Positions 20,007 through 31,676 of a stretch of 64,000 nucleotides of DNA are shown here, in pieces. The stretch comes from an uncultured delta proteobacterium (GTDB taxonomy: Bacteria > Desulfobacterota > Binatia > UBA9968). Location of the stretch: contig CAVWLW010000050.1 of NCBI GenBank assembly GCA_963755715.1, positions 128,001-192,000 on the forward strand, written 5' to 3'. Under the pieces are notes generated by a model. That model saw only the letters and a list, made by a program, of their open reading frames with translations. It ran no database searches and was not told the origin of the DNA. Each line of letters starts with the position of its first letter. Within the stretch, counting starts at the first letter, position 1. The translations under genes and the position numbers were made by a program.

Positions 20007-21731
20007 TCAGGTTTGAATGCCGATCTTGCCGGTGAGCTTATAGAATACCGCCACGATCGACAGCAAGGTAGCAATCATCAACACACCGATGGCGGCGACA
20101 ACGGTCACCTGCCCCTGCTCGAACATGGTGAAGAGCAGAATCGAGAGCACGCGGCTTTCGCCCGTGGCCAGCAAAACCGAAGTGGAAAATTCCCGAAACG
20201 ACACGATGCAGATATAAATCCATCCCGCCACCAACCCGGGCCGCAAAAGCGGCAGAGTCACGCGCTTGAAGGTTTCCCACCAAGAAGCGCCGGAAGCGGA
20301 AGCCGCCTCCTCCAACTCGCTGTGGATCTGCAAAATCGACCCTGACGCCGCCCGCATGCCGTATGGAATAAACCGGGTAACGTAGGCGATCAGCAAAACC
20401 CAGATCGTGCCGTAGATCGGAATCGGAAAGGCGACGTAGAGTAAAATCAGCGCCATCCCCATGACGATGCCGGGAATAGTGATCGGCACGAAAGCGAGAA
20501 AATCCAAGATCCAGGCACCGGGCAAACGGCTCTTATAAACGATCCACGCGACCAGCGAAGTCAGTATCATCGCCACCGTGGCTGTCAAGGTTGCCAGCAG
20601 GATACTGTTTTGCAAGGCATCCCAGAAGGGCCGAAAGCCGCCAAGATAACGGTAATTGTCGAGACTGAGCTTGCTCACCGCATCCAAACTCGGCGCGGCG
20701 AAAAACGGCAGAAACGACGCCCAGAACAACACCAAAAACGGCAGCAGCACGACGAAGATGAAATAACCCGTCAGAAAGCCGAAACCTACCCAGCGCCAGC
20801 CGCCGAGATCGAACTGGCGCGGCCGAAACGCCTTGCCAGTGACGGTTTGAAACTTCTTTCCTTCCTTGGTCGCACGCGTATACAGCCATACACCGATCGC
20901 GCTCAAAAGCAGCAAACCGACTGCTAAAGCACCGCCACGCCCGTAGTCCGGCGGATACTCATTGAAAGCGAGAAAGATTTCGCTGGTATATACGTAAATA
21001 CGCGCCGGGATGCCGATCAGCGCCGGGGCCTCGAAGGATTCCAGCGTGCGCACGAACAGGATCAGCACCACCGAACCCGCCGTCGGCATGAGCAAGCGCA
21101 AAGTTACGCGGCGAAACGTCTGCCAGGTATTGGCGCCGGACATCATCGCCGACTCTTCCAAAGATGGGTCCATGGATTTGAACGCCGCCACCATCAGCAG
21201 AAAAGCCAGAGGCACCTGTCCCACCGAGTGCACCCAGATCATGCCCGGCAAGGAAAAAACATTGAATGGCGGCGACTGGAGACCGAACAAACTCTTCAAC
21301 CAGACGTTGAGATAACCGAACTTCGGACTTAACAAAAATATCCACGCAATCGATTCCAGCACACCGGGAAGAATCAACGGCACCACGGCGAGTGGAACGA
21401 AGATAGCGCGTAGCGGCGTGTTGGTCCGCTCGGTCAGCCAGGCGAGCATGGTGCCGAAAATGAAACTGAGCCCGGCGGAGCCCGAGGCAAAGATCAACGA
21501 GTTGAGAAAAGTCGAATAGGTATATTCGCTGGCGTACGCAGCATGATAATTCTTGAGCGTGTAAACAAACTCCCGTGGCGCCACCTCCGCCTGAAAGCTG
21601 CCGACCAACAGCATCAGCAGCGGCAGAACTGCTAGATAAACCAGGACGCCGGCGCCGACCACGGGGATCAGCAGCGCCGGATCCAAGCTCATGGTCATTT
21701 TCCCGGTACGGGGAATTGCTGCAGTCGCCAT
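20007..21731 (-). CDS. ABC transporter permease (AfuB/FbpB type, duplicated module)
   Basis: Two EAA-type loops (LEESAMMSGA, LEEAASASGA); many TM segments. Confidence 0.92.
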   Translation of the reverse strand: MATAAIPRTGKMTMSLDPALLIPVVGAGVLVYLAVLPLLMLLVGSFQAEVAPREFVYTLKNYHAAYASEYTYSTFLNSLIFASGSAGLSFIFGTMLAWLTERTNTPLRAIFVPLAVVPLILPGVLESIAWIFLLSPKFGYLNVWLKSLFGLQSPPFNVFSLPGMIWVHSVGQVPLAFLLMVAAFKSMDPSLEESAMMSGANTWQTFRRVTLRLLMPTAGSVVLILFVRTLESFEAPALIGIPARIYVYTSEIFLAFNEYPPDYGRGGALAVGLLLLSAIGVWLYTRATKEGKKFQTVTGKAFRPRQFDLGGWRWVGFGFLTGYFIFVVLLPFLVLFWASFLPFFAAPSLDAVSKLSLDNYRYLGGFRPFWDALQNSILLATLTATVAMILTSLVAWIVYKSRLPGAWILDFLAFVPITIPGIVMGMALILLYVAFPIPIYGTIWVLLIAYVTRFIPYGMRAASGSILQIHSELEEAASASGASWWETFKRVTLPLLRPGLVAGWIYICIVSFREFSTSVLLATGESRVLSILLFTMFEQGQVTVVAAIGVLMIATLLSIVAVFYKLTGKIGIQT

Positions 21732-21772
21732 AAATGAGCCTCGAAAGATGGGCGCAGTGAGATATCACTGCG

Positions 21773-22799
21773 CTATCTCAGTTTGAAAATTTCCTTCCAG
21801 ATCTTTTCGTACTTCGGATATTCCTTAATATCCGCGACACTGATGGGATAGATCTTTTCGGTTCGGGTTTTGTCCATCGGTTCGACTTTAGGATGGGCCG
21901 GCGTGCGCCCTCCTTGCGCCATGGCCTTTTGGCCTTCCTGGCTGGCTACCCAGCGCGCATATAAGTAGTGCCGTATTCGGATGCGGCGCGTTTTTGAAAA
22001 CAGCCGTCGCATTGATCGAAGCCACGCCTTCGCTCAGCATGTAGTTGACGGGCGCGCCCTTCTTGATGCGGGCGGGATAGTGATGGGAGTAGCAGGTCAA
22101 ACAGACTGCCGCCTGACCGGCGACCAGCAGCTCCGCCAATTGAGAATGACCGGAATGAAACTCGACGTTATTGGCGGCGATCTTGCGCCACAATTCGATC
22201 GCCTTCTCGTCGCTCTTATATTTGTATTTTGCGAAGCCCATCAGCATTTCGAGATCGCGCGGTTCCGCGATCAAGCGGTTTTTCCAGCGGGGATCGGCAA
22301 AGTCCTCGTATTGCTTTGGCTCTTCTTCTTTCTTCACCAGGCCGGTGTTCCAAGCCGCAATGATAAATTGAAGATCCGAGGCCACCCAGAAGCTTCCCTT
22401 CATTCCCTGCGGATATTCCGCGGATTCAGGAAGGGTCACTTCCAGCAAGAGCTTTTGATCGTGCGCCTGACTCACATTCTCGAGCGGCACCTGCAAGACA
22501 TCGCCTAGCGTCTTTCCGCCCCGCGCCTCGGTCACCGCGCGAGCAACGAGTTTATCCGAGGTCGCATCGACGTGGTTGATCTTGATTCCCGGAAATCGTT
22601 TTTCGAACACAGGAATAATTTTTTCGGCATTGATCTGGGCCAAGGTCGCGTAGAAATTGAGCGTCCCGCCTTCCTTAACCGCCAGTTTATGGAGTTCGTC
22701 AAGACTCTGGCTTAGCCCGAGACCAGGTAAAAACAGGTTCGCTGCAAGCGCAACCCACAGGACAGCGAAGCTTTTATGAAACCAACGAAACACCGCCAT
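21773..22799 (-). CDS. Extracellular solute-binding protein (AfuA-like) 1 (frameshift near 21960)
   Basis: Paralog of the next two genes; ends KIWKEIFKLR. Confidence 0.85.
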
Positions 22800-22890
22800 T
22801 CGGAAAACCTCCGGAAATAAATATTTTGTTAAAGTCGGGTTACCTAATACTATAATTTCCTCGCGAGTCAATAATGTCCAATGGACGGCG

Positions 22891-23919
22891 TCAGCGCAGT
22901 TTAAAAATTTCCTTCCAAACCTTCTCGTATTTCGGCCACTGTTTAATCTCCGTAGTGCCGATCGGATAGAGCTTGGCAGGACGTATATTATCCACCGGTT
23001 CCACCTTGGGATGCGGCGGCAAGCGTCCTCCTGCGGCGTAAGCTTTTTGTCCCTCTTCACTGGCGGACCAGCGGTAAAACAGCTTGGCAGCGTTGGGATG
23101 AGGAGCGTCTTTGGCCAAGGCATCAGCGGTGATCGTGGCGATGCCTTCGGTGAGCATGTATCCGAGCGGCGCGCCCTTTTTAATTCGCGACGGATAGTGG
23201 TGCGCGTAACAGGTCACGCAGGCGGCTGCTTGGCCGGCGACGAGGAATTCGGCGAGCTCGGAATGGCCTTTGTGAAATTCGACATTGTTAGCGGCCAGCT
23301 TGCGAATATAATCGAACGCTTTCTCGTCGTTTTTGTATTTGTGCGTAGCGAGACCGATTAGCAATTCGACGTCCCGTGCTTCGGCGATCAATTTCCCTTT
23401 CCATTTGGGATCGGCAAGGTCGTCGAATTGCTTCGGCTCATCTTCTTTTTTTACCAGGTTCGTATTCCATGAGGCGGTTATGATCACCATGTCGGCGGCC
23501 AGCCAATTCGCCCCCTTGAGAGTGGCGGGATACGCTGCCGCTTCCGGTGGGAGCCAGTCAACCACCAGCTTTTGATCGATCACCTGAAGGACATTTTCCA
23601 GGGCCATTTGAAAGACATCGGAAAATACTCGGCCGCCGCGAGCTTCAGTGATCGCCCTGGCAGCAAGCTTGTCCGCCGTGGCATCGACGTGATTGACCTT
23701 GATTCCCGGAAAGCGCTTTTCAAATACCGGCAAAATTCTTTCCGCATTGATTTGCGCGAGGGTGCCGTAGAAATTAACCACCCCGCCTTCCTTAACCGCC
23801 GCCTTGTGCAGTTCGTCCATCGACTGCGCGCCCGCCGGCGCTGCCATCACGCAGAGAACATAGATAAGAATCACGCTGACGATCTTTAAGGAAGCCTTAC
23901 TAGTCTTCATTGACATCAT
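22891..23919 (-). CDS. Extracellular solute-binding protein (AfuA-like) 2
   Basis: Signal peptide, FEKRFPGIK, APHPNAAKLF. Confidence 0.9.
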   Translation of the reverse strand: MMSMKTSKASLKIVSVILIYVLCVMAAPAGAQSMDELHKAAVKEGGVVNFYGTLAQINAERILPVFEKRFPGIKVNHVDATADKLAARAITEARGGRVFSDVFQMALENVLQVIDQKLVVDWLPPEAAAYPATLKGANWLAADMVIITASWNTNLVKKEDEPKQFDDLADPKWKGKLIAEARDVELLIGLATHKYKNDEKAFDYIRKLAANNVEFHKGHSELAEFLVAGQAAACVTCYAHHYPSRIKKGAPLGYMLTEGIATITADALAKDAPHPNAAKLFYRWSASEEGQKAYAAGGRLPPHPKVEPVDNIRPAKLYPIGTTEIKQWPKYEKVWKEIFKLR

Positions 23920-23964
23920 TCCTCCTTGGTTAACGGCCCATTTGTCATCGCGCCGCTATGCGGC

Positions 23965-24978
23965 TCATCTTAGTTTGAATACTTCTTTCCAAACCTTTTC
24001 GTATTTCGAATACTGCTTCAGGTCTTCGACGCCGACGGGATAAATAACCGCCGGTCGAATCTTTTCGGTGGGCTCGACTTTCGGATGGGCCGGGGTTCGT
24101 CCGCCTTTGGAGTAAACGGTTTGTCCTTCTTCCGAGGCCGCCCAACGATTGAATAGCCAAGCAGTATTCGGATGGGGCGCATTTTTCATGACCGCCACGG
24201 CAATGATGCCGGCGGCGCCTTCGCTGAGCATGTAATCCACCGGCGCGCCTTTGCGTTTGCGTTCGGGATAATGGTGCGAATAGCAGGTGAAACAAGCCGC
24301 GGCCTGGCCCGCCACCAGCAATTCCGCGAGTTGCGAATGGCCTTTGTGAAACTCGACATTATTGGCCGCGATTCGGGCGAGCACGGCGCGAGCTTTTTCC
24401 AGGCTCTTGTGCTTGTGGTTTAGCGCAACGAGGAACTCGTAATCCCGCGGTTCGGCGATCAAGCGCCCTTTCCAACGCGGATCGCCGAAATCGTCCAAGA
24501 ATTTCGGCTCCTCGTCTTTCTTCACCTGTGCCGTGTTCCATGCTCCGACGAAAAAAATCAGGTTGTTGGCCGCCCAGTAAGAACCTCTCAAGTTAGCTGG
24601 ATAGGCGGCCACCTCCGGCGGAACCTTTTCCAAGATTAGTCCTTGCTCGTAAATCTTGTTGATGTCTTCCAACCCGAACTCGACGACGTCCGCGAACGTC
24701 TTACCGCCGCGCGCTTCAGTGATCGCGCGGGCCGATAGTTTGTCGGAAGTAGCGTCGACATGATTGATTTTGATGCCGGGAAAGCGCTTTTCAAAAACCG
24801 GATAGATTTTCTCCGCATTGATCTGGGCGAGCGAGCAATAACAGTTGAGCACGCCATCTTCTTTCAGCGCCTTCTTGTAGAGCTCGTCGATAGTTTCAGT
24901 TTGAGCCGAAACCGGTGCCGCTCCAACATTCAAAAGAACGATTAAGATTGAAGACAGCCAGACTACTCTTCTCAACAT
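23965..24978 (-). CDS. Extracellular solute-binding protein (AfuA-like) 3
   Basis: Signal peptide, FEKRFPGIK, APHPNTAWLF. Confidence 0.9.
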   Translation of the reverse strand: MLRRVVWLSSILIVLLNVGAAPVSAQTETIDELYKKALKEDGVLNCYCSLAQINAEKIYPVFEKRFPGIKINHVDATSDKLSARAITEARGGKTFADVVEFGLEDINKIYEQGLILEKVPPEVAAYPANLRGSYWAANNLIFFVGAWNTAQVKKDEEPKFLDDFGDPRWKGRLIAEPRDYEFLVALNHKHKSLEKARAVLARIAANNVEFHKGHSQLAELLVAGQAAACFTCYSHHYPERKRKGAPVDYMLSEGAAGIIAVAVMKNAPHPNTAWLFNRWAASEEGQTVYSKGGRTPAHPKVEPTEKIRPAVIYPVGVEDLKQYSKYEKVWKEVFKLR

Positions 24979-25025
24979 ATCGCGATCCTCCTTTTACGGT
25001 CGTAACATTACCTTCTACGCTTCGG

Positions 25026-26103
25026 TCATTTTTTCACCGGCGTTTTCAGCACGGTTTGGAGTTTATTTTTCACGTCCGCGCGGCATGCCCAAAAACTCGG
25101 TGACAAGCTTATGCACGGCATTGCCGATCAGCGGATCGAAGTCCAGATGGCCTTTCTCGGCTTCGGCCAAAAGGTCTTTGTCTTTCATCGCTCGTTCAAA
25201 CGCGACCTCGAGCGCCTGGGCACGATCAGCCGGCGTCCCCGTCGGCAATACGTAAACTTTGCCGAAATCATTCGGCGTGCTGGTGCCGTATTTGAGCAGC
25301 AACCGCTGCTCTTCGGATCTGGCGATCATCGGAATCGTCGGCACGTTAGGCACGATCAGATCCTTCATCGGCTTTTCGCAGAGCTGCGCCAATACGACCC
25401 ATTCTCCGCTCTTTATTTTGTCCAAGGAGGTTACTTTGGACGAAGTCCAGGTATTGAAAAAACCGTCGACCTCGCCGCTATCGAGGGCCAGCCGGACATC
25501 GGCCGTGCCTTTATAGCCGGAGACGATCTTAAGATTGGTGTTGAGCACCTCTTTAACCAGGACCGGCGCGTGCTCGACAGTCGAACCGGGGATCGCGCCC
25601 AGGGTCACTTGCTTTCCCTTCTCCCCGCGCAGCTCATCGAATTTGGTGATTCCAGTTCGCTTGGTGACAATCATCATGTAACTTTCGCTGACGGGGACCG
25701 CTAGATAGCGAAACTTTCCCATATCGAACTGGACCGACGGCGCCCCGAAAAGCTGCTCGAGCACGATGGGTCCCGAAATATTACCGACCACCGTGCCGTC
25801 TTTGGGCGCCGCATTGTAGACGTGATTGGCGGCGATAATGCTGCCGGCTCCCGGCATGTTGTCGACGATTACCGCCGGACTGCCGGGAATGTATTTGGCA
25901 AGATGGCGCGCGATCACCCGCGAATACTGGTCGTAACCGCCGCCGGCCGAAAAGCCGACGACGATGCGCACGGTCTTGCCGCGATAAAAACTCGCTACGG
26001 TTTTCTCGTCGAACGCCGGTTTGGCCGCCTGGGCCGCCCATCCCAAGCCAGGCGCCATCGATAATCCAAGTACCACTAAAACAAACAGCGGTCTCATTCG
26101 CAT
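25026..26103 (-). CDS. Tripartite tricarboxylate transporter (TctC/Bug) substrate-binding protein (frameshift near 25080)
   Basis: IVVGFSAGGGYD, NMPGAGS, YKGT..GEVD motifs. Confidence 0.88.
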
Positions 26104-26210
26104 ACGTTGCTTTGAACCTCCATGTAGCTGCTCCGCTCGGTCGCTCCTGCGGTAGCTTCTATTAGACGAATCAGTTTGGGGAAGACTTCAGTGCGTGCCC
26201 GGCCAAGCGC

Positions 26211-27182
26211 TCAAAGATTTTCCAGGCGCCTTAACGTCACCCCATAATCCACCACGGCTTTATCGATGGAGTAGTCGGGTTCATAGCCGAGTTGCTCCTT
26301 GGCACGGGAGAAGTCGCTGGCCAGGCGCGAGTCCGGGTACGGCATGGGATTGTTTCCTCGGATCAAATCGACGTTTGACCCGGGGTAGGCTTTGCGAACC
26401 GCCGCGGCGATGTCGTCACCGCTCAGCATGATACCGTTACCGATATGAAAAAGCGTGTCTTTGAATTTATCTTGGAGCGCCGCTAGGACGGTGCCTTTGG
26501 CGGCGTCTTTACCATAGAGAATTTCGGCAGGGCCGTAGGGCCAGTTGATTTTAGCAGTTTCTCCTTTGACCGCGGCGCGAATCATCTGTTGGATCGCGAT
26601 CTCGCGCGTCGCTTTGAGGCTTGCCGGCGACGGTCCGTAGAGCCCGCCGGTGTAACGCAGACAGATGAACTCGAAGCCATAGCGCTTTGCATAGGCGCGC
26701 CCCATGAATTCGCAGCTCGCTTTGGTCGCCGCATACACCGACGGCGGATTCATGGCGATGGACTCATCGATCTTGGCCAGCCCCTCGCCGAGCGAACCGA
26801 GATAAACCGTCCCCGAGCTCGGGAAAATCACGCGCGCAACTTTTTCCAACCGCGCCGCTTCGAATACGTTGACCGTGCCCATGAAATTCAGATGCACGCC
26901 GCTGTAGGGGCGGCGCTGAACTTCTTCGCCAAGGAAAGCTGCCAGGTGGATGATGCGATCGCAATCCTGCTCGCGGATCACCGAAATGATCGCCGGCAGA
27001 TCCATCATGTCGCCGCGAATCAGGGTCACTTTGCCGGTGTCGACGCCGACGGCGCTGAGCAAACGCTCATTGAGCGCCACGTCGAAAACCACGGGTCTTT
27101 CGCCGCGCTCGAGCAACATTGCAACCGCGTAAGCCCCGACCAAACCCGAGCCTCCGGTTACGAGGATTCCCTTTTTCGCCAT
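26211..27182 (-). CDS. NAD-dependent epimerase/dehydratase
   Basis: TGGSGLVG, HLAA, YAATK. Confidence 0.9.
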   Translation of the reverse strand: MAKKGILVTGGSGLVGAYAVAMLLERGERPVVFDVALNERLLSAVGVDTGKVTLIRGDMMDLPAIISVIREQDCDRIIHLAAFLGEEVQRRPYSGVHLNFMGTVNVFEAARLEKVARVIFPSSGTVYLGSLGEGLAKIDESIAMNPPSVYAATKASCEFMGRAYAKRYGFEFICLRYTGGLYGPSPASLKATREIAIQQMIRAAVKGETAKINWPYGPAEILYGKDAAKGTVLAALQDKFKDTLFHIGNGIMLSGDDIAAAVRKAYPGSNVDLIRGNNPMPYPDSRLASDFSRAKEQLGYEPDYSIDKAVVDYGVTLRRLENL

Positions 27183-27371
27183 GTCGATCTCCCTCCGACA
27201 GAACCGGTGCCTCTACTATATCAAACCTACCCTTGAGTCAACGCGGACCTCGTGGTTATTTGCTTTTCGCCGAGCGTCCAACGAGTGTAGGATCGTCGCC
27301 CATCTTGACCTGACTTTTTTTTCGAGCATTATGTCAGCCGGCGCGTCTAAGTTGACAAGGAGGCAATCCTG

Positions 27372-28361
27372 ATGTTGTACCGCTGGGCGTTTTCGCTCCT
27401 GACGCTGGTAGTTCTACTTTCCGTCGTCTCCGCAGCTATTGCGCAAGAAAAGCTGCGCCTTGCGTGGGCGGGCTTTAGCCCGACGAACAGCCCCATCTGG
27501 GTGATGGAAGATCGCAAGCTCCTGCAAAAACAAGGAGTCACACCGGAGATTATCGCGATCAACGCGAGCCCGACGGTGCTGCAAGCTTTGCTCGCTAACG
27601 AAATCGAAGCGGCCAGTATCTCCGTGACAACGCTGACGAGTTCCCGTCTGGCCGGTGCCGACACCGTGATGATCTTCGGCGTCGTGCCGACGTTTGTCGA
27701 TCATATCGTATCCTTGTCGAGCGTCACCGCAGTGGAGCAGCTCAAGGGAAAAACCGCCGGCGTCAATCGATTGGGGAGCACTTCGGACCTCGGTTTGCGC
27801 CTCGCCTTGAAGAAATTAGGAATCGACCCGGATAAGGATGTAAAAATCATTCCCACGGGGGGCACGGCCGAGCGCTTCGCGGCGTTGTCGAAAGGCATCA
27901 CGCAATTTACGATCATACCGGAACCGTTCTTAACCCAGGCGGAAAAGCTCGGCTTCCGCAATCTTTACAACATCAGCGACCTAAAAATTCCGTTTTGGTG
28001 GAACGGCATTCTTTCGCGCGAAAGCATCGTCAAAGCAAAGCGTCCGTTGATGTTGAAACTGGTCCGCGCCATGGTCGAAGCGATCCATATTATCAAGACC
28101 GAGAAAGAATACGCCAAAGGACTTTTTAAAAAGAATCTCGGCGTCAACGACCCCGAAGGACTCGAGCGAGCCTACAAAGATTATAATAACGCTTTCCCCG
28201 AGATTCCCTATCCGTATCCCGACGGCGTCAAAACGATGCTCGATGACTTGGCGCCCAAAAACCCCAAGGCAGCCGCGGCCGACCCCAAAACCTACGTTGA
28301 TATGAGCCTCGTCGCCGAGCTGGATAAGTCGGGTTTTATCAAGCAACTGTACAAGAAATAG
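27372..28361 (+). CDS. NMT1/SsuA-family ABC substrate-binding protein
   Basis: Signal peptide; QLKGKTAGVNRLGSTSD; ELDKSGFIKQLY. Confidence 0.88.
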   Translation: MLYRWAFSLLTLVVLLSVVSAAIAQEKLRLAWAGFSPTNSPIWVMEDRKLLQKQGVTPEIIAINASPTVLQALLANEIEAASISVTTLTSSRLAGADTVMIFGVVPTFVDHIVSLSSVTAVEQLKGKTAGVNRLGSTSDLGLRLALKKLGIDPDKDVKIIPTGGTAERFAALSKGITQFTIIPEPFLTQAEKLGFRNLYNISDLKIPFWWNGILSRESIVKAKRPLMLKLVRAMVEAIHIIKTEKEYAKGLFKKNLGVNDPEGLERAYKDYNNAFPEIPYPYPDGVKTMLDDLAPKNPKAAAADPKTYVDMSLVAELDKSGFIKQLYKK

Positions 28362-28548
28362 GCGAGAGGCATTAGGCAACAGGCAATAGCTCGGTCCACG
28401 TTAGTCCGCCGGGCCTGCATCACAACAGCGGCGCTAGCTTGTTGCGGTTTCTTTGCTAGCAACTCCGTTGTAGGTTCCACATCTTCAGTTGAATTATTTC
28501 ACCCGACTAGGATAAGTGAACGAAGAAACCTATCAGGAGGCGAAAATC

Positions 28549-29383
28549 ATGGCGGAAATAATCTTGAAAGACGAGCATGAAATGTTGCGGCCCAGCTTGG
28601 GCAGGCTCAAGAACAAAATCGCGGTCATCACCGGTGCTAATAGCGGCATCGGCCGGGCCACCGCGCGGCTTTTCGCCCGCGAAGGCGCCAAGGTGGTTTG
28701 CTGCGATATTCAGGAAACCATCTCGCCGCGGATCGACCAATTGATTAAAGAGAAAGAAGGCGGGCAAGCCGTTTTCGCAACCATCGACGTCACCAAACAG
28801 GAAGACTGCGACCGCATGATCAAAACGGCGCTCGATAGCTTCGGCGACGTCGATATTCTTTACAACAATGCCGGCGCCGGCATTCGAAAGAAACTGCACG
28901 AGCACAGCGATGAGGAGTGGAACTTCGTGCTGAATACGAATCTTCAACGCGATGTTCCGCGGCGCACGCGCTGTCTTGCCGCATTTCATCAAGAAGAAAA
29001 GCGGCAACATCGTCACCACGGCTTCGACCTTTGGTCTTTTGGCGTCACCGGAATATCCGGGCTACTGCGCCACCAAGGCGGCGATCATCAATCTCACCCG
29101 CGAGATGGCGCTGGACTACGGTCCGCTCGGCATCCGCATCAACTGTGTTTGTCCGGGCGCCATCGAGACCCCACGCTTCAGAGGATTTCCGCCGCGGCCG
29201 ACCTTGGGCGAAGGCATGACGGACGAGCAGCGCAAAACCATGGGTGCAAGCAACAAAGCACTGCTGCGCATGGGCCGTCCGGAAGAGATTGCTTACGGCG
29301 TGCTGTTTTTAGTTTCGGACGAAGCGTCCTTCGTTACCGGCCACGCGCTGGTCGTCGACGGTGGGCAAACGATCGACGCCTGA
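28549..29383 (+). CDS. SDR family oxidoreductase (frameshift near 28945)
   Basis: TGANSGIG, NNAG, YCATK, VDGG. Confidence 0.88.
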
Positions 29384-29389
29384 GCAAGC

Positions 29390-29460
29390 GGCGTGATGGA
29401 GTACCGGAGTGATGGAGTGATGGAGGATCGCGAGCCCGATATTCCAGTACTCCATCACTC
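29390..29460. repeat. Octamer-unit inverted repeat (GGAGTRAT)n ... (CCATCACT)n, REP-like
   Basis: GGCGTGAT GGAGTACC GGAGTGAT GGAGTGAT GGA ... CCGATATT CCAGTACT CCATCACT between convergent genes. Confidence 0.65.
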
Positions 29461-29469
29461 GACATCTTT

Positions 29470-30553
29470 TTACTTTCTGCACCACGTACCAATTGTTTTG
29501 AATATCGTGACTCAGTTCGTGCTTCTCAACTGAGCTGAAGCCCGCCTTGGCGAGATATTCGCGCGTCTTCTCTTCGCCCCACATGGCGCCTAAGCCTTCG
29601 CCGTTTTGGGCCAAGGACACGGTCATGCAGTGCATGCACGACACGGTATAAAGGAACGGACCTATTGGATGATCCTGGTTTTGATGAATGTGGCTCGAAC
29701 CCTTGATGTCCTGCATCAGATAAATACCATCGGATCGGAGCGTGCGGCGAATTCCGCGCAGCACGTTTAACGGCTTCGCCTGATCATGAATCGCATCGAA
29801 GGTCGCAACCAAGTCGAAGGACTCGGCTTCGGCTGTTTCATCGAATTGACTGAGATCGGCGACGATGAATTCTATATTTCTCAACTTTTTTTCCGCCGCA
29901 TCCTGCCACGCCGATAAAATCGCCTCGCTCGACAAATCCATTCCGGTGAAGCGGCTCTTCGGATAGAGCTCCGCGAGCCGGTTGATGATTCGGCCACGTC
30001 CGCAGCCGACATCGAGCATTTGAATCCCGCTCGTGAGTCTTTCGGCCAATCCCGATACGAGCGGCACAATGTGCGATTCCAACGACGATAACACGGATTG
30101 TCCGCTATCTTCGGCCATCACTTCGTGGAAACGCGGAAACTTAGCGTAAGGCACGCCGCCGCCTTTTTTGAAACATTCGACGATATCGTCCTCAACGCTG
30201 CCGAGCAGTGCGATGTACTGAGTGAACACACCGATGTTATCTGCGCCGGCGCTGCGGGTGAGAAACGCTGCGTGCTCTGCCGGCAATGAGAACCGGTTGG
30301 TCGCCGGATCGACGTCGACGATACGTCCGGTGACCATCGCGCCGAGCCATTCGCGCACGTAACGCTCATTCAGGCCTGCTTTAGCGGCGATCTCGGCCGA
30401 AGTTGCCGGCGCGGCGTCGCGCATGGCGTCGAGGAGGCCGGTGCGATGCCCGATCGAAATCATCAAGCACAATGCGCCGTCATTCAGTGTCGTTAACAAT
30501 CGCTCTGCAAAGCCGTTGGCTTTAGCCGAATCATAGGTTGGACCCAGAGCCAT
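29470..30553 (-). CDS. Class I SAM-dependent methyltransferase with N-terminal HTH (Rv2258c-like)
   Basis: GLNERYVREWL, LDVGCGRG, FDAIHD, SCMHCMTVSLA; true stop probably at 29470 (extra A extends the called ORF). Confidence 0.88.
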
Positions 30554-30665
30554 GCCAATTTCCTCCGGAGATTAGGTTCCAAAGACGCGGCATATTTCCG
30601 CCGCAACCTCGCCGAGAGCGCGATCGCGGCAAAGCCGACCGGCCGGACTTCGGAGGGCACGAAGT

Positions 30666-31518
30666 CTACGGTTGCAACGTCGGTCGTTCATCGCCGGCGA
30701 CTTTGGCGAGCGGCAAATACTCTTTAGCGAAGACTTCGATCGCCTGCGCCAGATCGTTTGCCGTTCGTTCGAGGTTTGCCTGCTTGCGCAAATTGGCGCC
30801 GAATTCCAACTGAATCGCATCGATCTCAGTGCCACGATGGCTACCGTAGGTCTGCGTCGTGTAGCCGCCGACATAGCGACGTTCCTGATCGTCGGGCGGA
30901 GCAATGCGATAACCTTTCACGGCCAGCTGCGCCAAAATGCTCTTCGGACCTGTCAAAGCTGCAGCGCCAAACCGTTGGCGCAACACTGCAACACTCTTGC
31001 CGTTGTTGGTGCCGCGAAAAATCGTGTCCGCTTCCGCCCCTTGGCCATGAATGTCGAGCAGCAGCCCGCTGCCCCACCGTTGCCGAACGCGCGCCGAAGC
31101 TTCCTGGAGCGCGCGATGATAGGCTTCGTAGTACGGTTTGGCGGCGGGAGATTCGAAAGCGCTGTCTTCAGCGCGATTGGCATCGACGAATTTTCTCTCG
31201 AAATGAGCGATCACGAGAAATGGCTTGGCGCCGAGTCTCACGCCCAGCTTGACCGCGAGCAACTCGGCAAGCTCGGCCGTGTTGCTATCTCGCTCGACAG
31301 TAAATTGTGCCACGCCGAGGCCGCGCCGAGGCGCGACTCCTGGAATCGCCAGCCGTCCACCGTGCGGCGCTGCCAATATGATGCGGCAGCATGCCGGCCC
31401 AGATGGTGAGGAAACGCGAAGGTTCTTTATCTGCTTGGGCCCACGCCTGCGCTGGCAAATATAGGCCCAGCGCCAAGAACAAAATTCGCGCCAGTGATTT
31501 GACTCGAAGCATCGCCAT
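30666..31518 (-). CDS. Secreted N-formylglutamate amidohydrolase-like protein (frameshift near 31380)
   Basis: Signal peptide; APHGG, DANR, YH, LLDIHG, YVGGYT, AIQLE motifs. Confidence 0.75.
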
Positions 31519-31676
31519 CGAAGGATTCCGAGTTACATACCGCAAGGCGCGCCGCTCGCGCAACGGTAGCGGCGGAAATTTATCGGCTCGATGCCCGCGG
31601 TGCTCTTGTAGTCCTGAGCGCCGACGATCATAGGTACGAGAGTTGCAGAAATAGGCGTCGATGGATGATGACGATT

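Noticed and set aside
29309-29469. C-terminal extension of the methyltransferase (VMEYWNIG...HHSITPVLHH)
   Set aside because: Read-through into the intergenic octamer repeat and the convergent SDR gene, probably from one extra A before the stop
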